Source of the DNA: Octopus sinensis
Taxonomy: Eukaryota
Reading direction: 5' to 3'
Length of the DNA stretch: 64,000 nt
Assembly: GCF_006345805.1 (NCBI RefSeq)
Contig: NC_042997.1
Span: forward strand, 34,410,001-34,474,000
Position numbers and translations under genes: made by a program
Part shown: positions 49,691 to 63,300 of the stretch, in pieces
Numbering within the stretch: the stretch's first letter is position 1
Layout of the letters: every line of letters starts with the position of its first letter
Notes under the pieces: generated by a model
Told to the model about the DNA's origin: nothing
Seen by the model: only the letters and a program-made list of their open reading frames with translations
Databases searched by the model: none

Positions 49691-50122
49691 ACACACATAT
49701 ACATATATAAATATATAATTCTTATATTTGCGATATATTACTACTAAACCCCTAAGTACTGATAGAAATAAGAAATATACATTTTATTGAAGTTTCAGCG
49801 GAGTTGGAGAAACTATAAATTAGCCATCATACACAAATAAACTTTAAAAAGCTTCAAAGGCATCTGAAAGATCAATTACTATTTTAAATGCCTTGCAATA
49901 ATTTATCAAAAGCTGGAAAACATGAAGGAATACAACAAATAGCTAAGATGACGTTCTCATGCTTACGAGAATAAAGGAGAAATACAAAGTATTAACGCGG
50001 CAACATTGGATTTCATACAGATGCCCTCGTAACAACAATTACCGTAGAACCTCGGTTTTCGGACAACCCTGATCACGAATAATTCATACTTTATCTCCTG
50101 TCTTTCTCATATTCATTTACTA

Positions 50123-50201
50123 CAGTAGTACCTCGGTTTACGAATGTCTCTGATCACGAATAAATCGCGCTTTATATCTATCTATCTATCTATCTATCTA
50201 C

Positions 50202-50237
<36 letters not shown>

Positions 50238-50309
50238 TTATCTATGTATTTATCTATATACATATACATATATATATACATATATATATACATACATACA
50301 TAAATACAT

Positions 50310-50397
<88 letters not shown>

Positions 50398-50615
50398 ACG
50401 TTATATAATTAGGGTTCAGTAAAAAAAAAAATTTTACTGAACCCTAATTATATAACGTAATGTTTTAAATATACCGTAAATGGTCTTTTTATATACTGAA
50501 CACTACTTGGTAAAATTAATTAATAATTAATTAATTTTACCCTTTTATTATTGACTATATATATAAAGCACGATTTATTCGCGATCAGAGTTGTTCGAAA
50601 ACCGAGGTACTACTG
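50123..50615. mobile_element. Tc1/mariner (pogo/Tigger-like) MITE
   Basis: TA|CAGTAGTACCTCGGTTT...ATCACGAATAAATCG at the left, inverse CGATTTATTCGCGATC...AACCGAGGTACTACTG at the right. An extra left-TIR-like copy lies at ~50040-50083. Confidence 0.85.
50390..50466. repeat. Perfect 35-bp inverted repeat with a 7-A spacer
   Basis: AAAACATTACGTTATATAATTAGGGTTCAGTAAAA (50390-50424) and its exact complement (50432-50466). Confidence 0.92.
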
Positions 50616-51926
50616 TTTTTGCAAATATTTTTAGAAAGAGTAGAATATTTTCATACTAAAGCATTAATAAGCTGTAAAATATAACTTGCATACTTGAACG
50701 CTTTATTTTGGATATTGATATTCCTTGTAAAGTGCAAATACTCAATATTCCACCAGTGGAGAATTTTAAAGTAATTATAGTTTTATCGTTTATTCAGTAG
50801 AAAATGGCAAATTTTATTATTTTTAAGACCTCTCAGTCTTGTGGACGAGAGTAATGAAGTTTCCTCAAATCCGATTTGCAATGGAAAAGAATCTGATAAC
50901 ATATTCAAGGTATCAAGAGTAATATTAAACTGGGGCACTGATTAGTTTTACTTTTCAAGAAGTTCGTGGAGGAATTTGAACTCAGGACGCAAAGATCTGG
51001 AAAGTATATCGTAAAAAAATCTAGTTTAACGTGTTTACCGTTTCGGTAATCTACCAGATTGGGGTCCTAATTTTTTCGATCTCGACAGGATGAAAGGCAA
51101 AACTGACCTCGATGAGGTTTAACCTCATAGTCGAGAGAATCAGAAGAAATACTCGTTGTCGTCATTGTTGCTTAGTCCTGCTCCTTTCTCAAGAAATATA
51201 CTATAATCAAATGTGTTCTTTTCTTGGATCTGGAATTGTTTTTGTTTTAATCATAGAGTATTTACAACTGGTGTATTTATTGCTCCGGTTCGTAAAGAAT
51301 ATGATATGGTTTGCGGGACATGTCTGAGCAGGCCCGTTAGTCCACTTGTTCCAGACTCCTAAAATGTATGTTTAAACTGATACATGTTGATATCAGATTT
51401 TGAAATAGACCTATACGTGAATAAATTTACAGACATATGCAGTTCTGAGGATTAATTTCTGAGCAAAGATTTTGACGTAGGTGGGTGAAACATTGATACA
51501 TAGCAAGAATGGTGAGAGAAAGAAAAAGTGGGGGATTCGAGAGGCAGAAACTGTTCAATTACTGGCTGGCAATACAAAGATAGGACGTAGACGACAAGTG
51601 TGATAGTTAGTGTCACAACTTACAATTAAAGAAAATTTCTGTATCAGTCGCATGGTTATCATTTGATTTAGTTTTGGATGTTCGTGCAATTAGCCGGTAC
51701 AATATCTCAGATATATCAATAGTATTCTTAAAATTGGTTCTACATTTAACAATTGAAAACCAGTTTTGTTATACTGAGGTGAAAACTATTGTATACATTG
51801 AAAATTTTTACATTGAATGTAAGGACAGATGATGAGTTACGTATTGTTCATCCAAATTCGTAGAAGTAAGTCCTAAACTGTTAAGGAGTAAGGTCATTAA
51901 TTATCTCAGTTTTGATTATTCGACAC

Positions 51927-52370
51927 GGATCTTTTCGGTTTGAACGGCAGTTTTTAACATAATTTCTAGGTAACTAAAAAATTTTAAACTTCGTATACTG
52001 GTAGAATGTGTTTATAAAACATATTTTTCTCTTGGCTTTATTGAGAAAATTCTATAGTTTGTAAGATTTTTTTGTTTTTTTTTCTTCAATTTCTGCAATT
52101 TCAACTAATCAGTGACGTCTATTGAGTTAAAAGGCATTCTGTGCCGTATGAATATGTCCCTCGTTTAAGAAACAGATTAGGTTTATTTACATTTGTGAAG
52201 AAAATAAGATACCCTTCCCCCACCCCTAACCCTAACCGTAACCCTAACCCCAACTAACCCTAATCCTAAAAGAGATTGAAATGCAATCGATCGATTCTCG
52301 GGTCATAATTATGGGTGACAATTTCATATGACACCACTAGAAAAAACTGCCGTTCAAACCGAAATGATCC
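51927..52370. mobile_element. MITE with 29-bp TIRs and 8-bp TSD (Merlin- or hAT-like), carrying (CCCTAA)-like repeats
   Basis: TIRs GGATCTTTTCGGTTTGAACGGCAGTTTTT and AAAAACTGCCGTTCAAACCGAAATGATCC (1 mismatch). Flanks TTCGACAC (51919-26) and TTCGATAC (52371-78). Confidence 0.88.
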
Positions 52371-52929
52371 TTCGATACTAATACCAGTGCTTTCATTTGC
52401 TTTATTATTTCTTTTGCATTACACTCTTTTACTAATCCATCAAACGGGAGAAAATGCTAATCATTTTTTAATATAACACTAAACCTCCTTATCATCATTT
52501 CGTAGTGATTCCGGTGATATCATTTACTTGGAGGCTTTTTGTACTTGATTAGCTTCGCTTTTTTTCTACATGTACTCAAATCGCCGTATCCCTACGAACA
52601 GAAAAATATGCCTTTAACTATGCCCTTGTTTCTTTACTCCCACCTTCTGCTTTTGTAATTGTGTGAGATATAGTCCCTGGCATCAATGGAGAAAACGTGT
52701 CAAACGGTATTTGGTAATAAAACAAAACAAACAGAAACATTTAAGCAAATACACTTGGTATCTGTTCGCTTGATTTTATTTTCTGGTACTCGCAAACATT
52801 TTTTATTTACTTCACTTACTAGCTCAATGTATTTGAAATCGATAGTCCTCTCTTATTTATGGAAAAAGCCACGCAGTTTGGGGAGAGGTATGAGATTATA
52901 TGGCACTCATTATTTTCTTAAAGGAATGT

Positions 52930-53120
52930 AGAGAGCTAGCAGAATTATTAGCGCCTCGAACAAAATGCTCATCGGCACTTCTTTCACCTCTTTACGTTCT
53001 GCGTCCAAATCTCACCGAGGTAGACTTTGCATTCATCTTTTCTGGGTTGATAAAATATATACCATTGAAGTACTGAAGTTTCATGTAGTAGATTAGCACC
53101 AGCTCACTAAAATTGCTGGC
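52930..53120 (+). mobile_element. Diverged Nin/Deu-like SINE
   Basis: GAGCTAGCAGAATTATTAGCG...GACTTTGCATTCATCTTTTCTGGGTTGATAAAAT. Confidence 0.65.
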
Positions 53121-54029
53121 TTTTTGTCAAATTTTTAAACCGTTATATTCTCAAAGGTGCACAAGATTATTGGATTCAAATGGAATCGAAACACTACTAT
53201 TGCTTCTGCTGCTGCTACGTTACCCGAAGGCTCTGGTTACGTTCGTGTTACCTTCTTGACAATAATGCTTGATAAATATCGCCTAAGTTTCTTTAAATGT
53301 GGTTAAGGCTTTCCAATATGCTGAAATGGGAAGAAGATGAAATTGCGAATGAAAAGCACCAAACGTAAACTGTTCAACTGGCAGCTTATCGAATTAGAAT
53401 AATTATATGAAGATAATTCCTACAGATTCGCAGAAACACTTTAAACTTAATAAAATCATAACTGAAGAAATAAACAAGATATGAGAATATTATCCCTGTA
53501 TAAATAATTAAACAGTCGAAAATGAACAAGATGAGAGAAATAGAGAGAAAGCAAATTATTTAAAGGAAACTGAAAATGAAGTAGAATCTTCAGGAAATTT
53601 TAATTAAAAATTAGAAACATTATTGACACGTTTCTTTCTGTATGTAACACTTATTTATATTGTTCTTATGTTGCAAATATTTCCATTAATTTATTCCACT
53701 GGAATTTCTTGACAAGTTTCAACGTCGTATTGCGAAGTGTCTATAATATTTCTATCAATACTTTTAGCATGCGGCTAAAGTAGTGTTGCAGAAAGTAGAA
53801 TTAAAACGAAGTATGACTTGTTGTTTTGACAGTAACTATAATTTTAAGAAGTTCCAATGTAGAAGGTGAAAGCAAAAAGTAAAGAAATGAGAAAATTTTA
53901 AAGGATATACATTACTATTTGTTGGTACACCATCATTAGAGAATATGTAAAAATATCAAAATATTTACAACGGACTCTCAGCAAAGCATTTCACCAAAAC
54001 AATTACAAAATACTATATAATCTTTTCCA

Positions 54030-54243
54030 CTAAAGTCACAAAATCTCAAATTTTTTTGGGTGGGGTGGGGTTTAAGTCGTATATATCGACCCCAGTACTC
54101 AGCTGGTACTTAATTTATCGACCCCAAAAGGAAGCGAGGCAAAGTCGACCTCGGCGGAATTTAAACTCAGAACGTAGCGACGGGCGAAATACTGCTAAGC
54201 ATTTCGTCCTGTGCGCTAACGATTCTGCAAGCTCACCGCCTTA
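54030..54243 (-). mobile_element. Nin/Deu-like SINE
   Basis: Reverse complement of the SINE core and head. Confidence 0.8.
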
Positions 54244-56389
54244 CAGAATACTATATGAGAAGAGAGTAGGCAGAGGCCAGTTTCTCCAGCTTGATGGATT
54301 ATTACAATAATGCTAAATAAATAAATAGTACGAAAAAATAGATACTGAGATTATAGTTAAACACTCCGTAGCAGTTAAGGAGTCGTTAGTTTATTATGCA
54401 TCTTAGATTTCATATAGGGTATCAAAGAATACAATCTTAACGAGCACAGCAGCTATTAGGCAAAGAACGGGCTGTGGAAATAGTAAATAGAAGCGAAGTG
54501 AACCAAAAGATTTCAATTAGGACTCAAATTTCCAAACTAATAATTCTTAAGCCAAACATATGTAACATAAAATACCCCGTGTTATGAGAGAGAAAACTGA
54601 CATGAAACTACCATACAAAAAAAACCCCAGAAAAGGTTTAAAAGTGAATGTAATGTAGTTTAAAAGATAATTAAATAGTAGACCCGTCGTGCCCAAGATA
54701 AATGATATCGGAAAGAAAGATGCTCAAAAATAACATGCACTAAAATCGTACGAAATATACAAGAATTCCGAAATATGTATGGAAAGTTTTTAATAAGTGA
54801 AACCTGAAATCTTGAAATCCAAGGTTCTATGAAAATTGGAGAAAGTTTTAAACTAAAGTAGAAGAACTTGAACCCATACTTTATTCCCAATCTCTATATA
54901 TTCTGGAAAAAAGTATAGGATACTGATTAACGACAATTCGATACCTATTAAATTCAGGAGTTTAAAGAAATAAACCCACGAAATTGGTGTGCGATAATAA
55001 TTACAAAAGAGAATAGTATCTGGTGTACTCGGTTCGGTAAAGAATAATATTGATATATAACGGTGACAACAGACCGTATATGTAGTATGGAGGTGTGTGA
55101 TCGACTTAATTCTCCTATTACTTATTACTAGTACATATCTTAACGAAACTCGCAGGAAGTAAATATTAAGGTCTAATGTAGACACAAGCTGTCGAACTTG
55201 GGTAATAATATAGTTTGCTTTTATTTTTGTTTTTGTTTCTGATCTGTTATTCAGCTCGTATAAATTTTCAAATGAAAAGAGAAGAGGCCATAAATGAATA
55301 ACACAACGTATTTCGTACAATGCTTCAAACGATCGCGCTAAAATATTTCAAGGAATTTAGTTTCCGCTTTATTGTTTCTGCTATTTCATTACCTCCAACG
55401 AATAATTTCAGTTTTAAGCACAAGTTGAAAATTAAACAGATTAAATCAACTTCAGAGGAGTGACAGCTGAAGATACCCCATGGGGTCTGAACTTATAACA
55501 TAAGTAAACGAAACTAAATATTGCAAGGGCAAAATCGTTTTAGTTATGAAAGGCAAAGTTGACGTTATTTAGATTGCAATTCTTTAAAGCGCTGGAACAA
55601 ATACAGAGGACATTTAAAAACTGTTTCTAAAGCAGGAAAAAGGCCCACAATTGGGCTGAGGTTTAGTCGATTACATTGATCACGGTACTTCAGTAGCGCA
55701 TTATTTAATGGATCCTTGGAAGGATATGAACTTAAAAAGAAAGGAGGTACATCTAAAATCTACAAGTTATTTCACTTGACGTCCTTCTAATTTCAGCAAT
55801 TCACCACTCGAACAATTCTTTCTAATTTTTGGTATAAGATAAGCAATTTTGAGGTGTGGGTGAGTGAGTGTTGGTAAAAGGAATTTGGTTAAATCAATTC
55901 TTCTAACTTCTTCATCGCGGACAGGATGAGAGAGAAAAAGTCAACCTCGACGGTATTTGAACGTAAAGAGCCGGAAGAAATGCTGCTAAACATTTTGTCC
56001 AATGTGATAACGATTCTGTCAGGTCAACGCCTTAATTTACCTTAATTAATAATTACAAAAATAACAATAATAAAATAATGAAATATGAATATGTATACAT
56101 TCAGTTTTAACATGATATTGTACACTAGAATGGGAAAGGCAAAATCATGCCATAACACCGTATCAGGTAATCTAGGGACGTCACTCAAAGCTAATTTGGA
56201 TGTGTTTTCATACACGAAGTCTATAGAGAGAAACTTTCCTCCGAGCCAAAATTCCCCATCGAATGTCCTTCACATGTTAATGTATAGGATTGTAATAAAT
56301 TTGTATATCGACCTCACTGTTCTGTGTGTTTGTACTAAACTAATTCCATATCTGGAAACGTTTACAAATAAATTGCATTCCCAGTAGTA

Positions 56390-58291
56390 TTTCAGACACA
56401 AGCAACTCGAGGTGTACAAAACTCAACGAGACCGAGCCGTGAAAATTGAAAAGAAAGAACGCTTCAGTTACGAATACAAAATCGCGGCAAATGCCAGTAG
56501 CAATCCAAAAAGCTTCTTTGCCCATGTCCAGCGGAATTCCCGCTTCAACAACCAGATTGCAACGTTGGTAGACTCAACAGGCGTATCGATTGAGGACCCT
56601 TATCAACAGAGTCAATTATTTGCCGAGGCTTTTTCAACTATTTTCAAACAAGATGATGGTCGTGAACCCCCTCCATTTGATAGATCAGTACCTCCAATGC
56701 TTCGATTGGTCATCACGCGGGACGAAGTCAAACGTGTTATTCAAGGCCTCGATATCAACAAAGGTCACGGCCCTGACGGCATACACCCACGGGTTATCAA
56801 AGCGTTGGCTCCGGTCATCTGCGAGCCCTTAACACGACTATTCAATATGTCATTGGCGACGGGTGTTATACCTGCAGACTGGAGAACAGCGATAATCTGC
56901 CCAATTTTCAAGAAAGGGAGCCGCGAAGACCCGCTTAACTACCGACCGGTTTCCCTTACATCAATTATCAGCAAGATGTTCGAAACCATCCTTAAGAAAA
57001 GTATGATGCTCCACCTCCTAAACACAGCCTCTATCTCTGATTCCCAACACGGCTTCGTGCCGAAGAGATCATGCTTGACCAACCTACTAGTAATGGAAGA
57101 TTTGGTGACGCGCATCCTCGATGATAGTGATGCTGTTGACATCGTTTTACTGGACTTTGCCAAAGCTTTTGACTCGGTAAACCACCGGCTATTGCTTGTC
57201 AAGCTTCAAGCATATAGTTTCCATCCGGATATTGTACGATGGGTTGGTGCCTTCCTCTCAGATCGCTCCTTCCAAGTCCAAGTTAATGATTCGCGGTCCG
57301 ACGTCTCCAGTGCGAGCAGTGGCGTGCCTCAAGGTTCAGTGCTTGGGCCCTTGTTGTTCTTAGTCTTCATAAATGACTTGCCCGACGAGCTCACGCAACA
57401 CACCCTTCTATTTGCCGACGATATCAAACTGGTCGCTCCTCGCGGTAATATAGAGGATCTTCGTCGATGCCTCCACCAAATTTGGAAGTGGTCTAACAAT
57501 TGGGACCCGTGTCTGAACGTGTCAAAGTGCTGTCATCTGCCTGTCGGCTCTACTCCTGCAACTCAACTTGATTTCGAGCCGGGTCGTCTGCTGCTGGAGA
57601 GGACCGATCAGGTAAAGGACCTAGGTATCTTGGTGGATTCCTCCTTTTCGCTTCGGCCCAGTGCGTCCATGCTGCCAACAAAGCACGCGGAATTCTGTTC
57701 TTGATTCGACGGTCATTCGGAATGCTCACAGCAGCCATATTCCTACCACTCTATGTCACGCTGGTGAGACCCATATTGGAGTATGGGATTCAAGCCTCTT
57801 CTCCTTATCTCCTCAAAGACATACAGCATCTTGAAAGAGTCCAGAAGCTGGCTACCCGCATGGTTCTTGGTCTCAAAAATTGTCCTACGAAGAAAGGCTG
57901 AGGACGCTCGACCTTTATTCTCTTGAAAAACGCCGCCGCCGTGGTGATCACATTCTCGCCCACAACATCATAAGCGGAAAGGTAACCTCTCGAAAGAGCT
58001 GTTCTTCACTCCTGCTCCAGAGCGTCGGCTGCGGGGCATTCCGAAAAGCTCTACCTGCGACGATTTCATCTCAATCGAAGGAGAGGAGCTTTCTCCGTCC
58101 GGGTTGCGGATCCGTGGAACAAGCTGCCAGACGAGATGGTGAAGATGCCGACGACCGCTTTGTTCAAAGCCTCCCTTGACCTCAAGTGGCCTGAACTCTT
58201 TACATGAACACCACCCTGTACTTAACTCCATGTCTCCCTACATGGCCTTGCTATTTACTTTTGAGCCAAATTAACTAACTAACTAACTAAC
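56390..58291 (+). mobile_element. Young CR1-clade LINE, 5'-truncated; RT core uninterrupted for 430 aa, frameshifts downstream; (TAAC)n tail
   Basis: GPDGIHP, NYRPVSLTS, QHGF, LDFAKAFDSV, GVPQGSVLGPLLF and LFADDIKL, then RPILEY and YSLEKRRRRGD. 3' stem-loop CCATGT/ACATGG (58228-58245), (TAAC)n at 58272-58291. Confidence 0.95.
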
Positions 58292-58484
58292 ATATATATA
58301 TATTTTTTGGTCTACTCAGATGTCTCCAGCCTAGAAGGATACGTTTGAGACATGTTTTCATTCACGTTTTTCCCTGAGTATTTGCTGAAACAGGTAAATC
58401 TTTAACCAGAACACTCCAGCTTTCTGTGCCGAACTGTGCTTTATCTGAATTTAATTTGTGATAAGTTACTCTGATGAAGGTGTA

Positions 58485-58815
58485 TGAATAAGTGATTAGA
58501 GCGTTGGGCTCACAATCCTGAAGTAATGAGTTCGATTCCCGGACCGGGCTGTGCATTGTGTTCTTCACCAAGATACTTTATTTCACATTGCTCCAGTTCA
58601 ACAAGCTGTAGAAATGAGTTGCAATGTCACTGGTGCCAAGCCGTGTTCGCCTTTGCCTTTCCCTTGGTTAACATCTGTGGCATGGAGCGAGGAGGTTGGT
58701 ATGCATGGGTGACTGCTGGTCTTCCATAAACAACCTTGTCCAGACTGGTGCCAAGGAGGGGAACTTTCCAGTTGCAATCCCATGCTCATTCGTGACCGAA
58801 GGGGTTTTTTACCCA
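58485..58815 (+). mobile_element. tRNA-derived CORE-type SINE
   Basis: GAGTTCGATTCCC B box. TTGTGTTCTTCACCAAGATACTTTATTTCACATTGCTCCAG is CORE-like. Confidence 0.75.
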
Positions 58816-59379
58816 TTACTGTGTAAGATACTAACAGCAATCTGAAGGCAATTTTATCAGGTAAGACTTAGGGATATTGTTCTTTAGGCACAAATCAGTC
58901 ATATAAAGTAGACCTATGATCAAAGGCGCTAAAATTATGACATCGCCTAATGTTTTTTGAGACTTAATATATGAAGGAAAATAGTATCAAATTCGATCAG
59001 TTGTTTGAAAATCAGGGAAGTGTGATTTGATGGAGATGTGGCTGTTATTGCTAGCTGTTGGAGCGATTACAAAAAGGATCCTTAATGTTACATTGTGAAT
59101 GACAAATTTATTCAAATAGTAGTAGAACATCCAATTATAACAAGTATTTACGAGTAACTTTTGTAAAAGCGACGTAACTTAGGTGACAAACAAGATGTTT
59201 TCCCTACAAGATAAACAAATGTGACACCATCTGTTGTAATATGCGCCACGATCGTTTATTGCCAGAAATGCGAACGGCCTGAAAACTATCAAGTTTCCTA
59301 AATATCAATGAACTAGATCTAAATAGTGCAACGTCTGTACCATTCAACAAATGCGGAAAAAAGGAGTATGTTGTAATGT

Positions 59380-59765
59380 GTAAGAAGGAAACTATTGATG
59401 AGTAAGGGATTTGTCGATGACATCGATCCCAAAAGAAAGTCGATCTCAGCCATATTTGAACATGGCCCGTTAAGTCGGACGAAATGCCTCTATGCATTCT
59501 GATTCTGTCAGCTCGTCGCCTTATTCTTCCAACTTTTAATTCTTTCTACTATAGACACAAGTCAACTTGACTTTCGGGGGAGTGGGGCTAGTAGATTACT
59601 CGACCCCAGTGTTCATCTGAATGGTACTTAGTTTATCGATCCCGACAAAATAGAAGGCAAATTATACCTGGGAGGTATTTGAGGCTCTGCACGCAAATGC
59701 ATATAGAGTGCAGCTAAGCATTTTGTTCAGCGTGCTGACGATTCTGCCTGATCGCCGCCTTACTC
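59380..59765 (-). mobile_element. Two diverged Nin/Deu-like SINE copies
   Basis: ATTCTGTCAGCTCGTCGCCTT (~59510) and ATTCTGCCTGATCGCCGCCTT (~59755) heads, with TCGACCCCAGTG...GGTACTTAGTTTATCGATCCCG core. Confidence 0.6.
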
Positions 59766-59999
59766 TTCCAACTCATAATAAAAACAATTTATGTCACTCA
59801 CATTTCAAACGGCATTCGTTTGCGGAATCCATACAAATACAACACTGATGATTAGTTCGTCGACTGCGAAGGGAATGGATAGGAAAAGCAATTTCGGTGG
59901 GAGTTGAACTTAAAGCCTAGAGAGATGCAATTAAATTCTGTATTACATTATGTTCGACGCTCGGGTGATTCTGCTCTAAATATAACGATAGAAACAGCG

Positions 60000-60041
<42 letters not shown>

Positions 60042-63000
60042 TAATAATAATAATAATAATAATAATCTCCCGCTATTATAATGACGCTAATAATGACAGA
60101 AATATAGAAAGGGGAATATGATTAAGAGAAACAATAAAAATATGAAAAGGCACCAAGAAAACAATGTCGATCATGTTATCTACGTTGACAATATGATTAA
60201 TATTATTATAATCAACAGAAACAACAAAACAACAAATATAGCATAAATACAACCATATATCGAATAACAATGGCGAAATAACTATGAAGACGGCGGCGAT
60301 AAATAGATGCAATGCCAATACTTAAAATAATTGGCCCTAACCTGATTTGTTAAAGAAAGCGAAATATTTCCTAATCTAATCTAAAGACAAGAATATAATC
60401 AAAACATTTTCAACATTTTTCTTCTGTTTCTCATATAAACAAGAATTTGCATTTTAAAATTTGATATTTTTTGCAAAAACATTTTAGAAATAAAGCCTAC
60501 AGATACTGACTTTGCTGAAGCAAACATAATTGTGTTGGCATCAACTATGACAGCATTCTGTAAATTTGCCAAGGATCGTTTTTTTTTCTCCTTCTATTCA
60601 TGAAAAAAAAATGCCTTCTTCAGAATAAGGAAACCTGAAGGAAATAGTTTTCAAAGACGAATATTCTCTAATTGAAGCCAAATACTTAACACTAAACGAA
60701 TATTTAAAAAAAACAAACATTTATTAGTGACAAGAACTAAAAAAAAACAAACTAAAGGGATGACTGAGTGTATTCTCTCACCTTGCTCAATGAAACAGCC
60801 AAGTTTATGTCATGCAACCAAGGGAACATTTACGCGATCGTTTAATCTCCTGATCGAAATACCAATCAGACTACCTTCTAAGAACACCTTACAATCAAAA
60901 GGAAGTCAGACATATTTAATAATGCAGTAATCAAAAATAAGATGTTATGATCACGGATGCAAAGGATTTGTTCAGAGATATGCATGATCAACATCAACGA
61001 ACAATTATATATCAACACTGCTCTTATTGTAATTAAAATGTAGGAAGAATCTAGTGATTGATTGTCTCATAACTACCATTGTTGAGCTATTCTCTCCCAA
61101 CATAAATTAAAGTTATCAATTTTTAGCATAGGCACAAGTTAACAAAATATAAAGAAACCGTTAAGCTTTTTGTGTTGCCTCGTGACCAAAAACATTTTGG
61201 TAGTTTTGGATTGTTGCTGGTAGTTATAGTTGATGTGGTTATCCTCTTGATTTGATAATAGAACTCAGAAGAACGAATGATGAAGTTTCACCGGGAAGAT
61301 TGGAAATCAGAAGTATTCTATTCTAACAATTCTGCCACTTACCATTTTTATTGAATCCAGAAATATTAGGAATAAACTCTCGCATGAAAATTGGAGTCAC
61401 AAGTGGCGACGAGTTCTGACCTTTACTAACATATTAGAAGGCTTGATACTGGTTGATATTGCTGTCACATTGTTCTTGTTATATATTATAATCTATGATA
61501 CATATGTTATAGACTTTTTCGAACCAAGATACGATGCTTATTCAGCAAATATATATAATTAGAAAAGAACGTTGTACACAACCTTACTACAGTTTGTATG
61601 CGTCCTTCCGCTGTTTAATCACAAGTCAGTTACGATTCATTATTATTAGAGTTATGAACAAAGAGGGTCTAGCTTCGACGATTCTGTATTTCATTCAGTC
61701 ATAGTGTATCCAAGATCTTTTAAAGCTATAAACAAGCTTTGATAGCACGCAGAGGCACAACTGTCGACCCTGTTTAGATGTTTAAGAGTATATTTCCACA
61801 GAATATGGACATTAGTAGGTAGTTAGAACAGTTTATATAAAGCAAATTATATATAGCAAATATAGCAGAGATATCAGACGATAACTCACATACAGGTCAT
61901 CACAACTCAACATAATTTCTATCGGCAATAGCTACGAGCAACCCTTATTGATTTACATCATATGTTAGAGTGATGTATGTAAACGTCATATCGATTTTGG
62001 ACATGCATCGATTCAGCTAACCAATCCCGTTCGAAGCCAACTGTAGTATGAGCTTTCTCACGTAGAAGCCCGTCCATACACATACAACAATACGTGCATT
62101 AGAACATACATACATACACACATGAATATTAGGCTAGTATTCGTTATGTGCTGCTTATGTAATTTTTCCCTATTTAAAAATTTAAATTATTATGGAAGCT
62201 GTAATTAGTTAATTGTGCAGAATAAATATTAATTTCGATTTTATGGCAATTTTTAGCAAGTGTTGATTAGTGGAGATTAGAGATCACTCATCAGCTGAAG
62301 TAAAATTTCTAGTTATTTCGCAGGATTAAAATTACAGTACCACGAAGCAGGATCCTTGGAAGGGGAATATCTTACACGTCTGTATATAAACGCAAAATAG
62401 CCAAGTGGTAACTGCTTTAGATTATCAGTTACAGTTTATGAGTTAAAAATCATTTGATCCATTTAATCTTTTCTTGAAACGATTCTTTACGCTTCATTTC
62501 TTCAGTTTACTTAGCCTATGGAATTACGTACAGTACATTCATAGGCCCTTTATGTAAACTCATCTAATTAAGGGTGCATTACACAGAACAACACAATGTT
62601 GAAATAAACGGACAGATAATGCGGATAGTGTATATAATAATCTAAAGATCAAATTCCAAATCCAGTGAGGAAGTCGAAACAAATTCAGCGATAAAGTGTA
62701 CAGAAATAATAAAAATGACTGTTGCTTACTTCACTCCTGACGATGTGAGTGTAAATGCCTTGATCCTGATAAAGGAATTGGACAAAAAGAGCTGCAAAGT
62801 GCTTGTACATAAATGTGAAAAACAGTAAAATAATCACACACTGAATATCCTCCTCCTTCTCCTCCTCCTCCTCCTCCTCCCCCTCCTCATATCATCTCGC
62901 TCCGTCTCTCTTTCGCCCTCTCCCTCTATATATACGCACGTAAATGTATATATGTAAATACAAACACACTACCACACACATTCATATGCATATATGTATA

Positions 63001-63049
63001 TGCACGAATATCCCAGAAGTGTGGGATGATATCGTTTTATATGCTTTTA

Positions 63050-63300
63050 TTCTTTTATACTTTTACTTGTTTCACTCATTTGACCTCAGCCATGCTGGAG
63101 CACCGCCTTTAGTCGAACAATCGACCCTAGGAGTTATTCTTTGTAAGCTTAGTACTTATTCTACCGTCTATTTTTTGCCGAACCGCTAAGTTACGAGGAC
63201 GAAAACACATCATCAGTTGTCAAGCGATAGCGGACAAACACACACACGCAGACACACACACAGAGACACACACAGACACACACAGACGCGTGCGCACACT
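63050..63300 (-). mobile_element. OK-like SINE 3' part
   Basis: GCCATGCTGGAGCACCGCC...TTTTGCCGAACCGCTAAGTTACG, homologous (diverged) to the 43780-43930 region. Confidence 0.72.

Noticed and set aside
52222-52268. True telomere or telomere-fusion site
   Set aside because: Short, degenerate and enclosed within a TIR/TSD-bounded MITE.
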